From Hoeflea sp. (GTDB lineage: Bacteria > Pseudomonadota > Alphaproteobacteria > Rhizobiales > Rhizobiaceae): a stretch of 64,000 nt of DNA. The notes below the pieces were generated by a model. It was not told the origin of the DNA. It ran no database searches and saw nothing but the letters and a program-made list of their open reading frames with translations. Within the stretch, counting starts at the first letter, position 1; each line of letters starts with the position of its first letter. The stretch is from NCBI GenBank assembly GCA_965228435.1, contig OZ245818.1, positions 6,841,518 through 6,905,517 on the forward strand, given 5' to 3'. Of this stretch, positions 1 through 9,347 are shown piece by piece. Made by a program: the position numbers and the translations under genes.

Positions 1-1
1 C

Positions 2-961
2 GAATGTTTCGCGGCCGGTGCGCCGAGAACCGTGCCGTTCGGTCTCAAGATGCTGGCGCCAGTGCTGATGAAGTACGGTTCAGAGGAACAGAAACGAACC
101 ATTCTGCCGCGCATTCTCGATGGTTCCGACTGGTGGTGCCAGGGATATTCCGAGCCCGGATCCGGTTCCGACCTTGCATCATTGAAAACGAAGGCTGAAC
201 GGGATGGTGACCACTATGTCGTCAACGGCCAAAAAACCTGGACCACACTGGGGCAATACGCCAACAAGATCTTCTGCCTCGTTCGCACGTCGAGCGAAGG
301 CAAACGACAGGAAGGCATTTCGTTTCTGTTGATCGATATGGATACGCCGGGCGTCACAGTTCGGCCGATTATTCTTCTGGAAGGTACTCACGAGGTCAAC
401 GAGGTCTTTTTCGACAATGTCCGAGTGCCGGTCTCAAACCTGGTTGGCGAGGAAAACAAGGGCTGGACCTACGCCAAATACCTGTTGACGCATGAACGTA
501 CGAATATTGCCAATGTCGGCGCCAACAAAGAGTCTCTGACCCATCTCAAATATATCGGCGAGCGTCAGAAACACCGCGGCAAACCGCTGATGGAGGACCC
601 ATTGTTTGCCGCTCGACTGGCCCAGATCGAGATGGATCTCGATGCCATGTCGACCACCAATCTGCGGCTGCTGTCGTCACCCGACAGCGTGGCCAATGCA
701 GGTCCGATGAGTTCGATGCTTAAAATCAAGGGCACGGAAATCCGTCAAGCGATCAACGACCTGACGCGTCGCGCCCTCGGTCCCTATGCCATGCCATTTG
801 TCTCGGAGGCGTTGGATACCGGCTATAATGAAGAGCCCATCGGGCCGGATTATGCGGCGCCTGTTTCCCAGGAGTATTTCAACAACCGCAAGATTTCGAT
901 CTACGGCGGTTCCAACGAAATCCAGCGTGGCATTATCAGCAAAACGATGATGGGACTTTAG
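2..961 (+). CDS. Acyl-CoA dehydrogenase (PimC-like), 5'-truncated by the window edge
   Basis: Frame is open from position 2 (ECFAAGAPRTVPFGLKMLAP...). ACAD motifs WCQGYSEPGSGSDLASL, VNGQKTWTT and terminal SIYGGSNEIQRGII are present. Confidence 0.92.
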   Translation, partial: ECFAAGAPRTVPFGLKMLAPVLMKYGSEEQKRTILPRILDGSDWWCQGYSEPGSGSDLASLKTKAERDGDHYVVNGQKTWTTLGQYANKIFCLVRTSSEGKRQEGISFLLIDMDTPGVTVRPIILLEGTHEVNEVFFDNVRVPVSNLVGEENKGWTYAKYLLTHERTNIANVGANKESLTHLKYIGERQKHRGKPLMEDPLFAARLAQIEMDLDAMSTTNLRLLSSPDSVANAGPMSSMLKIKGTEIRQAINDLTRRALGPYAMPFVSEALDTGYNEEPIGPDYAAPVSQEYFNNRKISIYGGSNEIQRGIISKTMMGL

Positions 962-965
962 GGAA

Positions 966-2102
966 ATGGACTTCAATCACACCGAAGACCGCGCCATGCT
1001 GAAAGACATGGTCGCTCGGTTCATCGCCGACAATTACGCTCTCGAAGCGCGCCACGCGGCGGCGGAATCGTCGGAGGGATTTTCGCGCGAAATGTGGAGC
1101 CGGTTTGCCGAACTTGGTCTGATCGGCGCCCTCTTCTCTGAAGCCGACGGTGGCTTCGGCGGCGGCGGGTTCGACATCGGCGTGCTGTTCGAAGAACTCA
1201 GTCGCGGACTGGTGGTGGAACCATTTCTGGCGTCCGCCATCCTGGGCGGCGGAATGGTTGCTGACCTTGGCAATGACGAGCAAAAACAGATCATTGCTGA
1301 CGTCATAGCAGGCAATTCACTGCTCGCTTTGGCCCATGGCGAACCCGACAGCCGCTACGACCAGTCTTGCGTCGCCACACGTGCCGAACAGTCAGACGGT
1401 GGTTGGCAACTCAACGGGCGCAAGGCCGTGGTCCTCAACGGCGACAGCGCGGACAACCTGGTGGTGACAGCAAGAACAGCCGGCAATGAGTTCGACGAAA
1501 GCGGCATCTCGGCTTTCCTCGTTGCCGCTGGGCAGGATGGCGTTTCAATCCGCGGCTATCCGACAATCGACGGTTTGCATGCCGCGGAAATCGTCCTCGA
1601 CGACGCGATGTTGCCGGCGGGAGCACTGCTAGGAGAAGCCGGCGCCGCCTACCCCGCCATTGAACACGCCCTCGCCCGTGCCAATGTGGCGCTTGCGTCC
1701 GAGGCAATCGGCCTGATGGAGGTTTGCCGCGACATGACGCTCGAATACCTGAGCACCAGAAAGCAGTTCGGCGTTCCAATCGGCAAATTTCAAGCTCTCC
1801 AGCATCGTATGGCGACGGTCCTCATGGAAATCGAACAGGCACGGTCGGCCGCGATCAATGCGGCCGGACGCCTCGATCTGTCACGCACTGAACGTGAGAA
1901 AGCTGTTTCCACGGCCAAAGCACTTGCTGGGCGCGTTGGTCGTCTGGTGGCAGAAGAAGCGATACAGATGCATGGCGGGATCGGCATGACATGGGAATAC
2001 GCCCTTGCGCATTTCGCCAAACGTCTCATCATGATCGACCACCAGTTCGGCGATGTCGACTACCACACCGAACGGTTTGTCGAGTTGTCGAGGGCCGCCT
2101 GA
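966..2102 (+). CDS. Acyl-CoA dehydrogenase family protein (PimD-like partner subunit)
   Basis: Motifs RKQFGVPIGKFQALQHR and AIQMHGGIGMTWEY. Starts 4 bp after the previous ACAD. Confidence 0.92.
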   Translation: MDFNHTEDRAMLKDMVARFIADNYALEARHAAAESSEGFSREMWSRFAELGLIGALFSEADGGFGGGGFDIGVLFEELSRGLVVEPFLASAILGGGMVADLGNDEQKQIIADVIAGNSLLALAHGEPDSRYDQSCVATRAEQSDGGWQLNGRKAVVLNGDSADNLVVTARTAGNEFDESGISAFLVAAGQDGVSIRGYPTIDGLHAAEIVLDDAMLPAGALLGEAGAAYPAIEHALARANVALASEAIGLMEVCRDMTLEYLSTRKQFGVPIGKFQALQHRMATVLMEIEQARSAAINAAGRLDLSRTEREKAVSTAKALAGRVGRLVAEEAIQMHGGIGMTWEYALAHFAKRLIMIDHQFGDVDYHTERFVELSRAA

Positions 2103-2108
2103 GGCTTC

Positions 2109-2519
2109 ATGCAGGAGATTGCCAACAGAACCGGAGCGCAGTCTACAATCGGCTATGTGGTGCAGATTGAAAACGGTAAAGCTCGTGTGATTCTCGACCT
2201 GCATGAGGGTCACATCAATCGCAATGACGGATTGCACGGCGGCATCGCCGCCACGCTTTTGGACGCTGTGTGCGGCTACACCGCAAGCATTCGCGACGGT
2301 GACGACGTCCTGCTTCCGGTGACGACCGTTTCTTTGACGGTGAACTACCTGGCTCGCGCGCAATCCGGTCGTGTCACTGCTACGGCCAGACTAACCGGCG
2401 GCGGAAAGCGCATCGTCTTTACAGATGCCGTCCTGAGCGCTGAAGACGGCACGACAATCGCGACGGCGACTGGAACCTACAAAATGCTCACGCAGCAGCC
2501 TCTGAAAAATTCCTCTTAA
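2109..2519 (+). CDS. PaaI-family (hotdog-fold) thioesterase
   Basis: HINRNDGLHGGIAATLLDAVCG and TVSLTVNYL motifs. Operonic with the ACAD genes. Confidence 0.88.
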   Translation: MQEIANRTGAQSTIGYVVQIENGKARVILDLHEGHINRNDGLHGGIAATLLDAVCGYTASIRDGDDVLLPVTTVSLTVNYLARAQSGRVTATARLTGGGKRIVFTDAVLSAEDGTTIATATGTYKMLTQQPLKNSS

Positions 2520-2697
2520 CTATTTGTTTTTAAAAAGTAATTTCGATTTACATCCATCTGTTTGTTCATTTTGTGACCAAATTGTGACGAATCTGTTATG
2601 GTCGATTCGTCTCCAGTCATGAAAACGTGAGACGCAAGTGCACTTCCAGTTTTTCCCTCAGATCCTATCTAAGGGAGTAAGAAAGGAGGATGTATCC

Positions 2698-3114
2698 ATG
2701 CGTAGACTCGTAGTATGCCTCTTCGTCGGCTTGTTGGTGACCACGTCCTCTTATGCGGAAGACAACCTGGCCACGGCAAGAGCAGTCATTGAAGACCAGA
2801 TCGTCGCGTTTTTGAACGACGATGTTGATTCAGCCTATTCCCTAGCGGCGCCAGGCATCAAAAAGACCTTTCCGGAACCGCAACGTTTCATCGAAATGGT
2901 CAAACGTAGGTACGCGCCGGTTTACAGGCCCGGTAACTACGCTTTTGGCCGTGCTTTGAGTGAAACTGACGGGGCTACGATCGCCCAAGAACTTTTGATA
3001 ACAGGGCCCAAAGGCAAGAACTGGCGGGCAGTCTATGTCCTGGAAAGGCAAGATGACGGCCAGTACCGGATCAACGGCGTTCGGTTGTCGAAGCTCAAAG
3101 GTTCATCGATCTGA
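2698..3114 (+). CDS. Exported DUF4864-like protein
   Basis: GGAGG RBS before ATG 2698, signal-peptide-like N-terminus (MRRLVVCLFVGLLVTTSSYA), and family-like AYSLAAPGIK..F...RFIEMVKRRYAPVYRP ... YRINGV. Confidence 0.8.
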   Translation: MRRLVVCLFVGLLVTTSSYAEDNLATARAVIEDQIVAFLNDDVDSAYSLAAPGIKKTFPEPQRFIEMVKRRYAPVYRPGNYAFGRALSETDGATIAQELLITGPKGKNWRAVYVLERQDDGQYRINGVRLSKLKGSSI

Positions 3115-3180
3115 CAACAGATCGATGAGAAACTCTACATAGCTGGGCCTTCGGACGTAACCCGTCCGTGGGCCCGACGA

Positions 3181-3789
3181 TTACGTTGATTGATAGTTGG
3201 CCGTATAGGATGCAATCAGACGGTCGAGGGCATCTCTGGAAACTCTGTTGTAGTCGTTGCTGAAATCCAGCGAAGCCACCATTTTCCAATGGCCGTACAT
3301 GACGATTACGATCAGGTAACCGAGCTCCCGGCAACCATTCTGATGGAGGTCCGGATAGCTTATCTGTATCTCGTGGGCCAAAGTCATCTGCAGCAGCGTA
3401 TATTGATCATGCAGATTCTTCCTCACGGCAGGGTTTGTTGAAGCCAAGGCAAACATGGCATCGTAGACGACATCGTCAGCCGGCTTCGGCAGTCCCTTGT
3501 CCGAAAGAAAATTGAAATAGAAATCGAGAAATACGCTCAGCCGGCGACTGTCGTCGGCTGCAATGATGCCTTTCATCAGGCAGTCCTTGTAGGCTGCCGC
3601 CAGTGCATCGCAAAGCGCCACCGCCATGTCATCGCTGCTGGCGAAGTAATGGCGGATCAACTGGCGGGACATTTCGCCTTCCTTGGCGATCTGGTCATAG
3701 CTGGGCAAGCTGATCCCATCACGCTCGATGGCCCGATAAAGTGCTTTCACAATTTCTGGACGACGGATGTCCGCGATTTTCTTCGCCAT
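3181..3789 (-). CDS. TetR/AcrR-family transcriptional regulator (BetI-like)
   Basis: N-terminal HTH IRRPEIVKALYRAI...SYDQIAKEGEMSRQLIRHYF. Start placed at ATG 3789 rather than 3840. Confidence 0.85.
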   Translation of the reverse strand: MAKKIADIRRPEIVKALYRAIERDGISLPSYDQIAKEGEMSRQLIRHYFASSDDMAVALCDALAAAYKDCLMKGIIAADDSRRLSVFLDFYFNFLSDKGLPKPADDVVYDAMFALASTNPAVRKNLHDQYTLLQMTLAHEIQISYPDLHQNGCRELGYLIVIVMYGHWKMVASLDFSNDYNRVSRDALDRLIASYTANYQST

Positions 3790-4260
3790 GAGTACCCCTG
3801 GTTCGAATTTCGAGACCCAAATTTCGCCGGCAAATCGCAATGGTCCGACACGCTTGAAAATAAAATTGTCGGCCTGAAAACACCTAGCTGCTCAAGAATA
3901 TCGCTGGCCATCGTTCAAACTCAAAATCGAGAAGTGATGTCTCCCGCCCTTTTCCTCACCGAATCAGCAACATAAGACAATCCGCCTGCCGAGATTGATA
4001 TCTTTCATTTCGATCAGTAGTTTTCATTTCGACAAAAAAACATTTCTATTGATTATTACTTTAAATATCAGAAAATGCTTTTCAAGACGGAATGACATAA
4101 AGCGTGATCGGGAAGTTGTCGGGCGGTGCATATGCACACAGTTGGTGGCTTCGCATTGTGAGGCCTTCCGTCCACGCAGATTCCAACCGTTCTGGTCTGG
4201 GCCCGATACCGGACTTGTGGATCGGATCAGGTTGTGGGGACCGTGGGCGCGGGTGATGCC

Positions 4261-5418
4261 ATGCGTAACGGCAATACAGTCAATGAAGCCTCCGCTGCAA
4301 ACCGGCAACGGTCACTGCTGACAAAAGAGGACCGATTGGCTATCGATCGCGCGATTCACTCTATTTACGAATTGCAGGATCTTGACGCCTTTGTCGTTGA
4401 GGCCATGCGCGTACTTCCACCTCTGATCCAAGCAGATCTGTCCGCCTACAATGAGGTCAACTACGCCGAGCGGCGCATGATGACGATCATCGATTCACCC
4501 ACTGCACAGCGGTGGTATCACGCCAATCAGGTGACGTTCGAAGCGAATATGCATCAGAATCCGCTCATTGAATACAACTCGCGGACTCGAGCCGGCCCGA
4601 TCAAAATCAGTGATTTCATTTCACTCAAGAAATGGCGCGATACCACCATCTACAAGTCGGTCTATCGTGAGATCAGCGGTGAGCACCAGATCGCTGTTGC
4701 GCTTCCGGTCGACGACGAGACCATTGTTGCCTTCGCTTTCAATCGGCAAGAGAGCGACTTTACCGAACGGCACCGGGAGATACTGGCCGTACTTCAACCG
4801 CATCTGACACAGGCCTACGAGAACGCTCGCCGCTATGGGCGCGTCAAATTGCGGGCGCGTCGAAGCGAAGAGGTCTTGGAATCTCTTGGCGCGGGATGGT
4901 TCGAACTCGATGCCGATTTCATCGTTCGAAGGGCTTCCGCACACGCCCTTGCATGTCTGACCGAGTTCTTCGAATGGCAAACGAGGGAGGGTGATCCAGC
5001 ACCGACACCGGTCGTTGCGTGGGTCAGGGAAAACATCGACGATGCGCTGATACAGGCTCCCATCGCACCATTGATCGTCAACAATGGGTACGACAGATTG
5101 ATGCTGAGGCTGCTATCAGCTGACGATGACGGGACTTGCTGTCTGATGGGAGAACGCATCCTCGCTTATACATCGCATGAGCCGCTTAAAGATCTCGGAC
5201 TGACACGGCGGCAAGCCGAAGTGCTCTATTGGATATTGCATGGAAAGACCAACTCGCAAATCGCGGTCATGCTCAGGATCAGCGTTCGCACTGTCATTTT
5301 TCATGTCTCCCGAATCCTTGAGATCCTGGGAGTTGCGAACAGGACTGAGGCCGCGAACGTCGCCTCATCGCACCTTCTCGTGCAGAGACAGGGTGCTGCA
5401 TTTGATCCGGATCGATGA
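4261..5418 (+). CDS. LuxR-family HTH regulator with N-terminal GAF-like sensory domain
   Basis: C-terminal LGLTRRQAEVLYWILHGKTNSQIAVMLRISVRTVIFHVSRILEILGV. The start is uncertain (4234 TTG or 4261 ATG). Confidence 0.85.
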   Translation: MRNGNTVNEASAANRQRSLLTKEDRLAIDRAIHSIYELQDLDAFVVEAMRVLPPLIQADLSAYNEVNYAERRMMTIIDSPTAQRWYHANQVTFEANMHQNPLIEYNSRTRAGPIKISDFISLKKWRDTTIYKSVYREISGEHQIAVALPVDDETIVAFAFNRQESDFTERHREILAVLQPHLTQAYENARRYGRVKLRARRSEEVLESLGAGWFELDADFIVRRASAHALACLTEFFEWQTREGDPAPTPVVAWVRENIDDALIQAPIAPLIVNNGYDRLMLRLLSADDDGTCCLMGERILAYTSHEPLKDLGLTRRQAEVLYWILHGKTNSQIAVMLRISVRTVIFHVSRILEILGVANRTEAANVASSHLLVQRQGAAFDPDR

Positions 5419-5445
5419 AAATCGAGCTTAATGCAGCCGCAAAGG

Positions 5446-6234
5446 CTAACCGGCCAACACGGCCCTCACTGCTTGATCGGCGGCTTGCATCTCACCCCAG
5501 CGATGGGCCCTTCGCGCCAATGCCTGCTGGTCTGCACCCCATTGGTCGGCATTCCAATCCTCGTCCACATGGGCCGCCTGCCAGGCTTGTTCGGCATTGA
5601 TCTCCTCCCGCGCGGTGGCCAAAGCCAACAGTGCGGACCCGGTGAGCGTGGTCATGCTGTGCAGTCCGGCGAGCACGATAGGGTTTTCGTAAGCCATAAG
5701 GTGGGCGCCCAGCGCAGCTATCGTTTCCTTGGGTTGGGCGGCATGAACGATACCTTCCGCCAATACAAACCGCGCGTTCAGCGCGACATGGGCCCATTCC
5801 AATATCGGATCCCAACTCTCAGCCTGGCGGAGGACCAGTGCGTCCGGCCCATCCGCGCGGTAGCAGAGCAGGTCTGTTCCGGCAAAGCGCAGAATATCTT
5901 CCTTGACGGCCTGTGGGTCGAGCGCCACGCCATCCAGCGCTGTATTGACGATGCGCGTGACCGGCATGGAAACCGGATCGATCTCCCCTTCCTGAGCGTT
6001 CCATTCACCTGCGATCAGCTCTGCTAGCGCGCGGGTCGGCAACGACAGCCGGTTTCGCGCCGGTGTAAGAATGGGCTTGCCGTCGAGTTGAACGGCGAAC
6101 CCTTCGTTAATCTCCGCCACGCCCGCGGTCTCGTAAAACCGTTTCGGCAATGGCCGCCGGGATTTGATCTGCGCCCGGCGGACAGGATCGTCATCACTCA
6201 GCATGTCGCCGAGATCGTTGAAAATATCACGCAT
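5446..6234 (-). CDS. ATP12-family chaperone protein
   Basis: LPKRFY..., LDGKPILTPA, AGEWNAQ, MPVTRIVNTALD, DLLCYRA and AAHVDEDWNADQWG are typical ATP12 motifs. Conserved position after the HAD gene. Confidence 0.93.
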   Translation of the reverse strand: MRDIFNDLGDMLSDDDPVRRAQIKSRRPLPKRFYETAGVAEINEGFAVQLDGKPILTPARNRLSLPTRALAELIAGEWNAQEGEIDPVSMPVTRIVNTALDGVALDPQAVKEDILRFAGTDLLCYRADGPDALVLRQAESWDPILEWAHVALNARFVLAEGIVHAAQPKETIAALGAHLMAYENPIVLAGLHSMTTLTGSALLALATAREEINAEQAWQAAHVDEDWNADQWGADQQALARRAHRWGEMQAADQAVRAVLAG

Positions 6235-6898
6235 CGCTTTGGTTCCTGTTCATCACCAGCGGAAGAAGGGCCTGCGGTTTATCAACCACATGATGAGCGC
6301 CAGCTTCGAACAGTGCATCGGTGCCGGCGTATCCCCATGATACACCCACCGCGCTCGCGCCGGCGGCACGCGCCATCTGCATATCGTAAATGGCATCACC
6401 AACGACGATTGTCTGCTCTGGGCGAACACCCGTTTCCGCACAGCATTCCAGTACCATCGCCGGATGCGGTTTCGACGGGCATTCATCAGCGGTTCGACTG
6501 GTGATAATGGCCGACTTCAGTCCATGCTTTTCAATCAGGGTGTCGAGCGGGCGCCGCGACTTGCCGGTCACCACCCCGAGCAGGATTTCATCCTTACTTG
6601 TCAAGGTGTCGACAACTTCTCGAACTCCGTCGAAGAAAGGTTCATTGACGGTCGGATCGGCCCGCATAATTGCGCTATGCTGCCTGTAGAGGCCAGCCAG
6701 TTCCCTTACCGAATGGTCAATTTCGCGTTCGAGCAACCGGGACAGAGCCGTTTCCAGCGTCAGCCCGATGATCGACTTCGTCCGTGCCAGGTCCGGCGCG
6801 GGAAGTCCGGCTTCGACAAAAGTCCGTGCTATACAGGCGTGAATGATCGCAGCGCTGTCGACCAGCGTTCCATCGCAATCGAACAGCACAAGCTTCAT
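6227..6898 (-). CDS. HAD-IA family hydrolase (phosphoglycolate phosphatase-like)
   Basis: MKLVLFDCDGTLVDS motif I, SKPHP and VGDAIYDMQMA. ATG 6898 overlaps the upstream stop (ATGA). Confidence 0.92.
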   Translation of the reverse strand: MKLVLFDCDGTLVDSAAIIHACIARTFVEAGLPAPDLARTKSIIGLTLETALSRLLEREIDHSVRELAGLYRQHSAIMRADPTVNEPFFDGVREVVDTLTSKDEILLGVVTGKSRRPLDTLIEKHGLKSAIITSRTADECPSKPHPAMVLECCAETGVRPEQTIVVGDAIYDMQMARAAGASAVGVSWGYAGTDALFEAGAHHVVDKPQALLPLVMNRNQSDA

Positions 6899-7872
6899 TG
6901 TTCGGGATCCTTGTCGAAACCCAAGAGGTTCCAGCTTTGCACCATGTGCGGCGGCAGCGGCGCTGAGACCTCGATTCGGCCACCCCCGGGTGCAGGAATG
7001 GAGATATGGCGGGCATGCAGGTGCAGCCGCTTTTGCATGCCACCAGGAAAATGCCAATTGTGATCAGCCTCGAAATATTTGGGGTCGCCCAGGATCGGAC
7101 AGCCCTTATGCGCGGCATGGACTCTCAGCTGATGGGTGCGTCCGGTATAGGGTTCCATTTCCAGCCAGGTCAGATCCTGTCCGGCCTGCTCAAGCACCCG
7201 GTAGTAGGAAACCGCGTGATCAGCGTCCGGTTCGCCATGTTTGCACACCCGCATACGATCACCGTCCGGAGTCTGCTCCTTGACAAGCCAAGTCGAAATG
7301 CGCCCTTCCTGCGGCGCAGGTACACCTTTGACCAACGCCCAATAGGTTTTTTTGGTCGTCCTCTCCCTAAATGCTGCCGTCAACGCCTGAGCGGCACCCC
7401 TCGTTCGGGCCACAACAAGAACGCCGGACGTCTCGCGATCAAGCCTGTGAACCAGCCGCGGCTTCTCTCCCTTTTTGTTACGCCAGGCTTCGAGCATGGA
7501 ATCCATGTGCCGGGAAATGCCCGAACCGCCCTGTACGGCCAGACCGGCGGGTTTGTTGAAGACAAAAACCTTGGGATCCTCGTAAAGCAGCATCTGCGAC
7601 AGCTGTTCCGCATCTCCGCCTGACAGGCGTCGGGGTGCATCCCCGCTGGCCCCTTGCTTTTCGTCAGTCCCAAGAGGCGGGATACGGATTTTCTGGCCAG
7701 CCTGAACCCGGGTGTCGGATTTTGCGCGGCCACCATCCACCCGGATCTGACCCGAGCGCAGCAGTTTTTGGAGTTTGCCGAAACCAAGCCCCGGGAAATG
7801 GGCCTTGAACCAGCGATCAAGACGCATGCCGGATTCGTCGCTGTCTACGGTTCGCTGTTCAACACCAGCCAT
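6895..7872 (-). CDS. rluC: RluA-family 23S rRNA pseudouridine synthase (RluC-like)
   Basis: S4-like N-terminus (MRLDRWFK), NKPAGLAVQGG, catalytic VHRLDRETSG and TGRTHQLRVH. Confidence 0.92.
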   Translation of the reverse strand: MAGVEQRTVDSDESGMRLDRWFKAHFPGLGFGKLQKLLRSGQIRVDGGRAKSDTRVQAGQKIRIPPLGTDEKQGASGDAPRRLSGGDAEQLSQMLLYEDPKVFVFNKPAGLAVQGGSGISRHMDSMLEAWRNKKGEKPRLVHRLDRETSGVLVVARTRGAAQALTAAFRERTTKKTYWALVKGVPAPQEGRISTWLVKEQTPDGDRMRVCKHGEPDADHAVSYYRVLEQAGQDLTWLEMEPYTGRTHQLRVHAAHKGCPILGDPKYFEADHNWHFPGGMQKRLHLHARHISIPAPGGGRIEVSAPLPPHMVQSWNLLGFDKDPEQ

Positions 7873-7884
7873 AAGTCTTCGCTT

Positions 7885-8262
7885 TCAAAAAGTGGCCCGG
7901 GCAATCGCCAGGCCTGCAAACAGCGCTGCGATAGACAGAACGACGCTGCCAGCGACATAGGCGAAGGTCATCGTGGCTGCGCCCCTATCCCAAAGACTGG
8001 CAACGTCCAGGGAGAAGGCGGAGAAGGTTGTAAACCCGCCCAGGAGACCCGTTGCCACGAACAGGCGCAATTCCTGACTGCCCCCCATTTTTCGGACCAA
8101 CATCTCGACAAAAAGCCCCATGGCAAACGAGCCGATGACATTGACCGTTATCGTTCCCCAAGGAAAATTCGGCCCCATAAGGCGCAGGCTCGCCAGATTG
8201 ACGAGATGGCGCAATGAAGCGCCGATAGCGCCTCCCAGAGCGACGTAGAGCAGGTGTATCAT
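7885..8262 (-). CDS. crcB: Fluoride efflux channel CrcB/FluC
   Basis: GGAIGASLRH, FPWGTITVNVIGSF and TGLLGGFTTFSAFS signature. Start placed at ATG 8262. Confidence 0.96.
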   Translation of the reverse strand: MIHLLYVALGGAIGASLRHLVNLASLRLMGPNFPWGTITVNVIGSFAMGLFVEMLVRKMGGSQELRLFVATGLLGGFTTFSAFSLDVASLWDRGAATMTFAYVAGSVVLSIAALFAGLAIARATF

Positions 8263-8324
8263 GGGCAAGCGTTTAGTCGGTTTTGAGCACACTGGAAAGC
8301 CCAATGCGCCCAAATGGCTGCGTC

Positions 8325-9335
8325 CTATGGTGCCTGCACGCGCTTGAGCAGGTCTGTCCCGGAAAGCTGGGGCGAACGACCGGCCTCAAATGCGCTCTTT
8401 ACCAGCTCAATAACTGTTTCGTTGGTGCGAGCGGATGTCCCAACCTGGTTGGCAAGGTCGACCACCGCGCCATTGAGGTAATCCACTTCCGGCTGGCGGC
8501 CGGCTTGCATGTCCTCCCACATGGAAGACCGGGCCGTCGGGTCCATTGCCAGCAGATTTTGGGCAATCAGCGTGAACGCCCAGTTGGGCAGCCGCAATAT
8601 GTAGGGAATGGCGCGGGGGCGTATTCTGCCGATCGGTACGGGGGATATGCGCGCGGTGCGCATCGCAACCAAGGCTTCTTCGACCATTGATGCAAAGACC
8701 CTGCGATAAGACCGGTCCGATAATTGTTCAACCAATGGCACATCGGAGAGAACGTTCAAGGCATTGTTGAGATTGAGCAGCAGTTTGGTCCACAACACCG
8801 CCTGCATGTCGGAGTGAACCTCAGCGGATATCCCGGACGCATTCAGCGCATCGCGCAACGCGCGGGTTGCGATCGTGTCCTTCATGATGACGCCACCCTG
8901 GGTGGCCCTGTGGAACCGCCCCTCGCCCCCGACAACGACATTGAACTGAACCATGCCGGCAGCAATCGGTCGAGTCCCGAGGAAACTGCCGAGAACCCTC
9001 GCGTTGGCGACGCCGTTCTGAAGGCTGACGATTGTGGTCGCGGGTGAGCAGTGTTCGGCAATCTGTCGGGCCGCACGCTCCGTGTCGTGCGATTTCACGC
9101 AGACAAGCACGAGATCGCATTGGGCCATGACCGCCGCATCCGCCGTCGCCTCAAGCTGATCTGAATTGACGGTGCGCTTCGGGCCATCCAGTTGCGTCAA
9201 CGTCAGGCCATGCTTCTCCAGCGTCTCGACCGTGCCCTGGCGGCCCACGAAGACCACCTGATTTCCGGCTGCTCGCAGCATTCCACCAACGAAACACCCG
9301 ATTGCGCCTGCTCCCAGAACCGCGATTGCTCTCAT
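8325..9335 (-). CDS. panE: 2-dehydropantoate 2-reductase (ketopantoate reductase family)
   Basis: VLGAGAIG Rossmann motif, CVKS, SLQNGV, WTKLLLNLNN and RSSMWEDM..GR.PEVDYLNG. Confidence 0.88.
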   Translation of the reverse strand: MRAIAVLGAGAIGCFVGGMLRAAGNQVVFVGRQGTVETLEKHGLTLTQLDGPKRTVNSDQLEATADAAVMAQCDLVLVCVKSHDTERAARQIAEHCSPATTIVSLQNGVANARVLGSFLGTRPIAAGMVQFNVVVGGEGRFHRATQGGVIMKDTIATRALRDALNASGISAEVHSDMQAVLWTKLLLNLNNALNVLSDVPLVEQLSDRSYRRVFASMVEEALVAMRTARISPVPIGRIRPRAIPYILRLPNWAFTLIAQNLLAMDPTARSSMWEDMQAGRQPEVDYLNGAVVDLANQVGTSARTNETVIELVKSAFEAGRSPQLSGTDLLKRVQAP

Positions 9336-9347
9336 TCGCCACCCGTA

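Noticed and set aside
3991-4007. 17-bp exact match GAGATTGATATCTTTCA with 15108-15124 (LysR 5' end), and a 14-codon minus-strand ORF MKDINLGRRIVLCC (3964-4008)
   Set aside because: A rough estimate gives an appreciable chance (about 0.2 or more) of one 17-mer match in a 64-kb self-comparison. Similarity does not extend, and no RBS or attenuator is evident for the mini-ORF.
8263-8324. Fluoride riboswitch upstream of crcB
   Set aside because: There are only 62 bp between genes and no recognisable crcB-motif consensus. crcB appears operonic.
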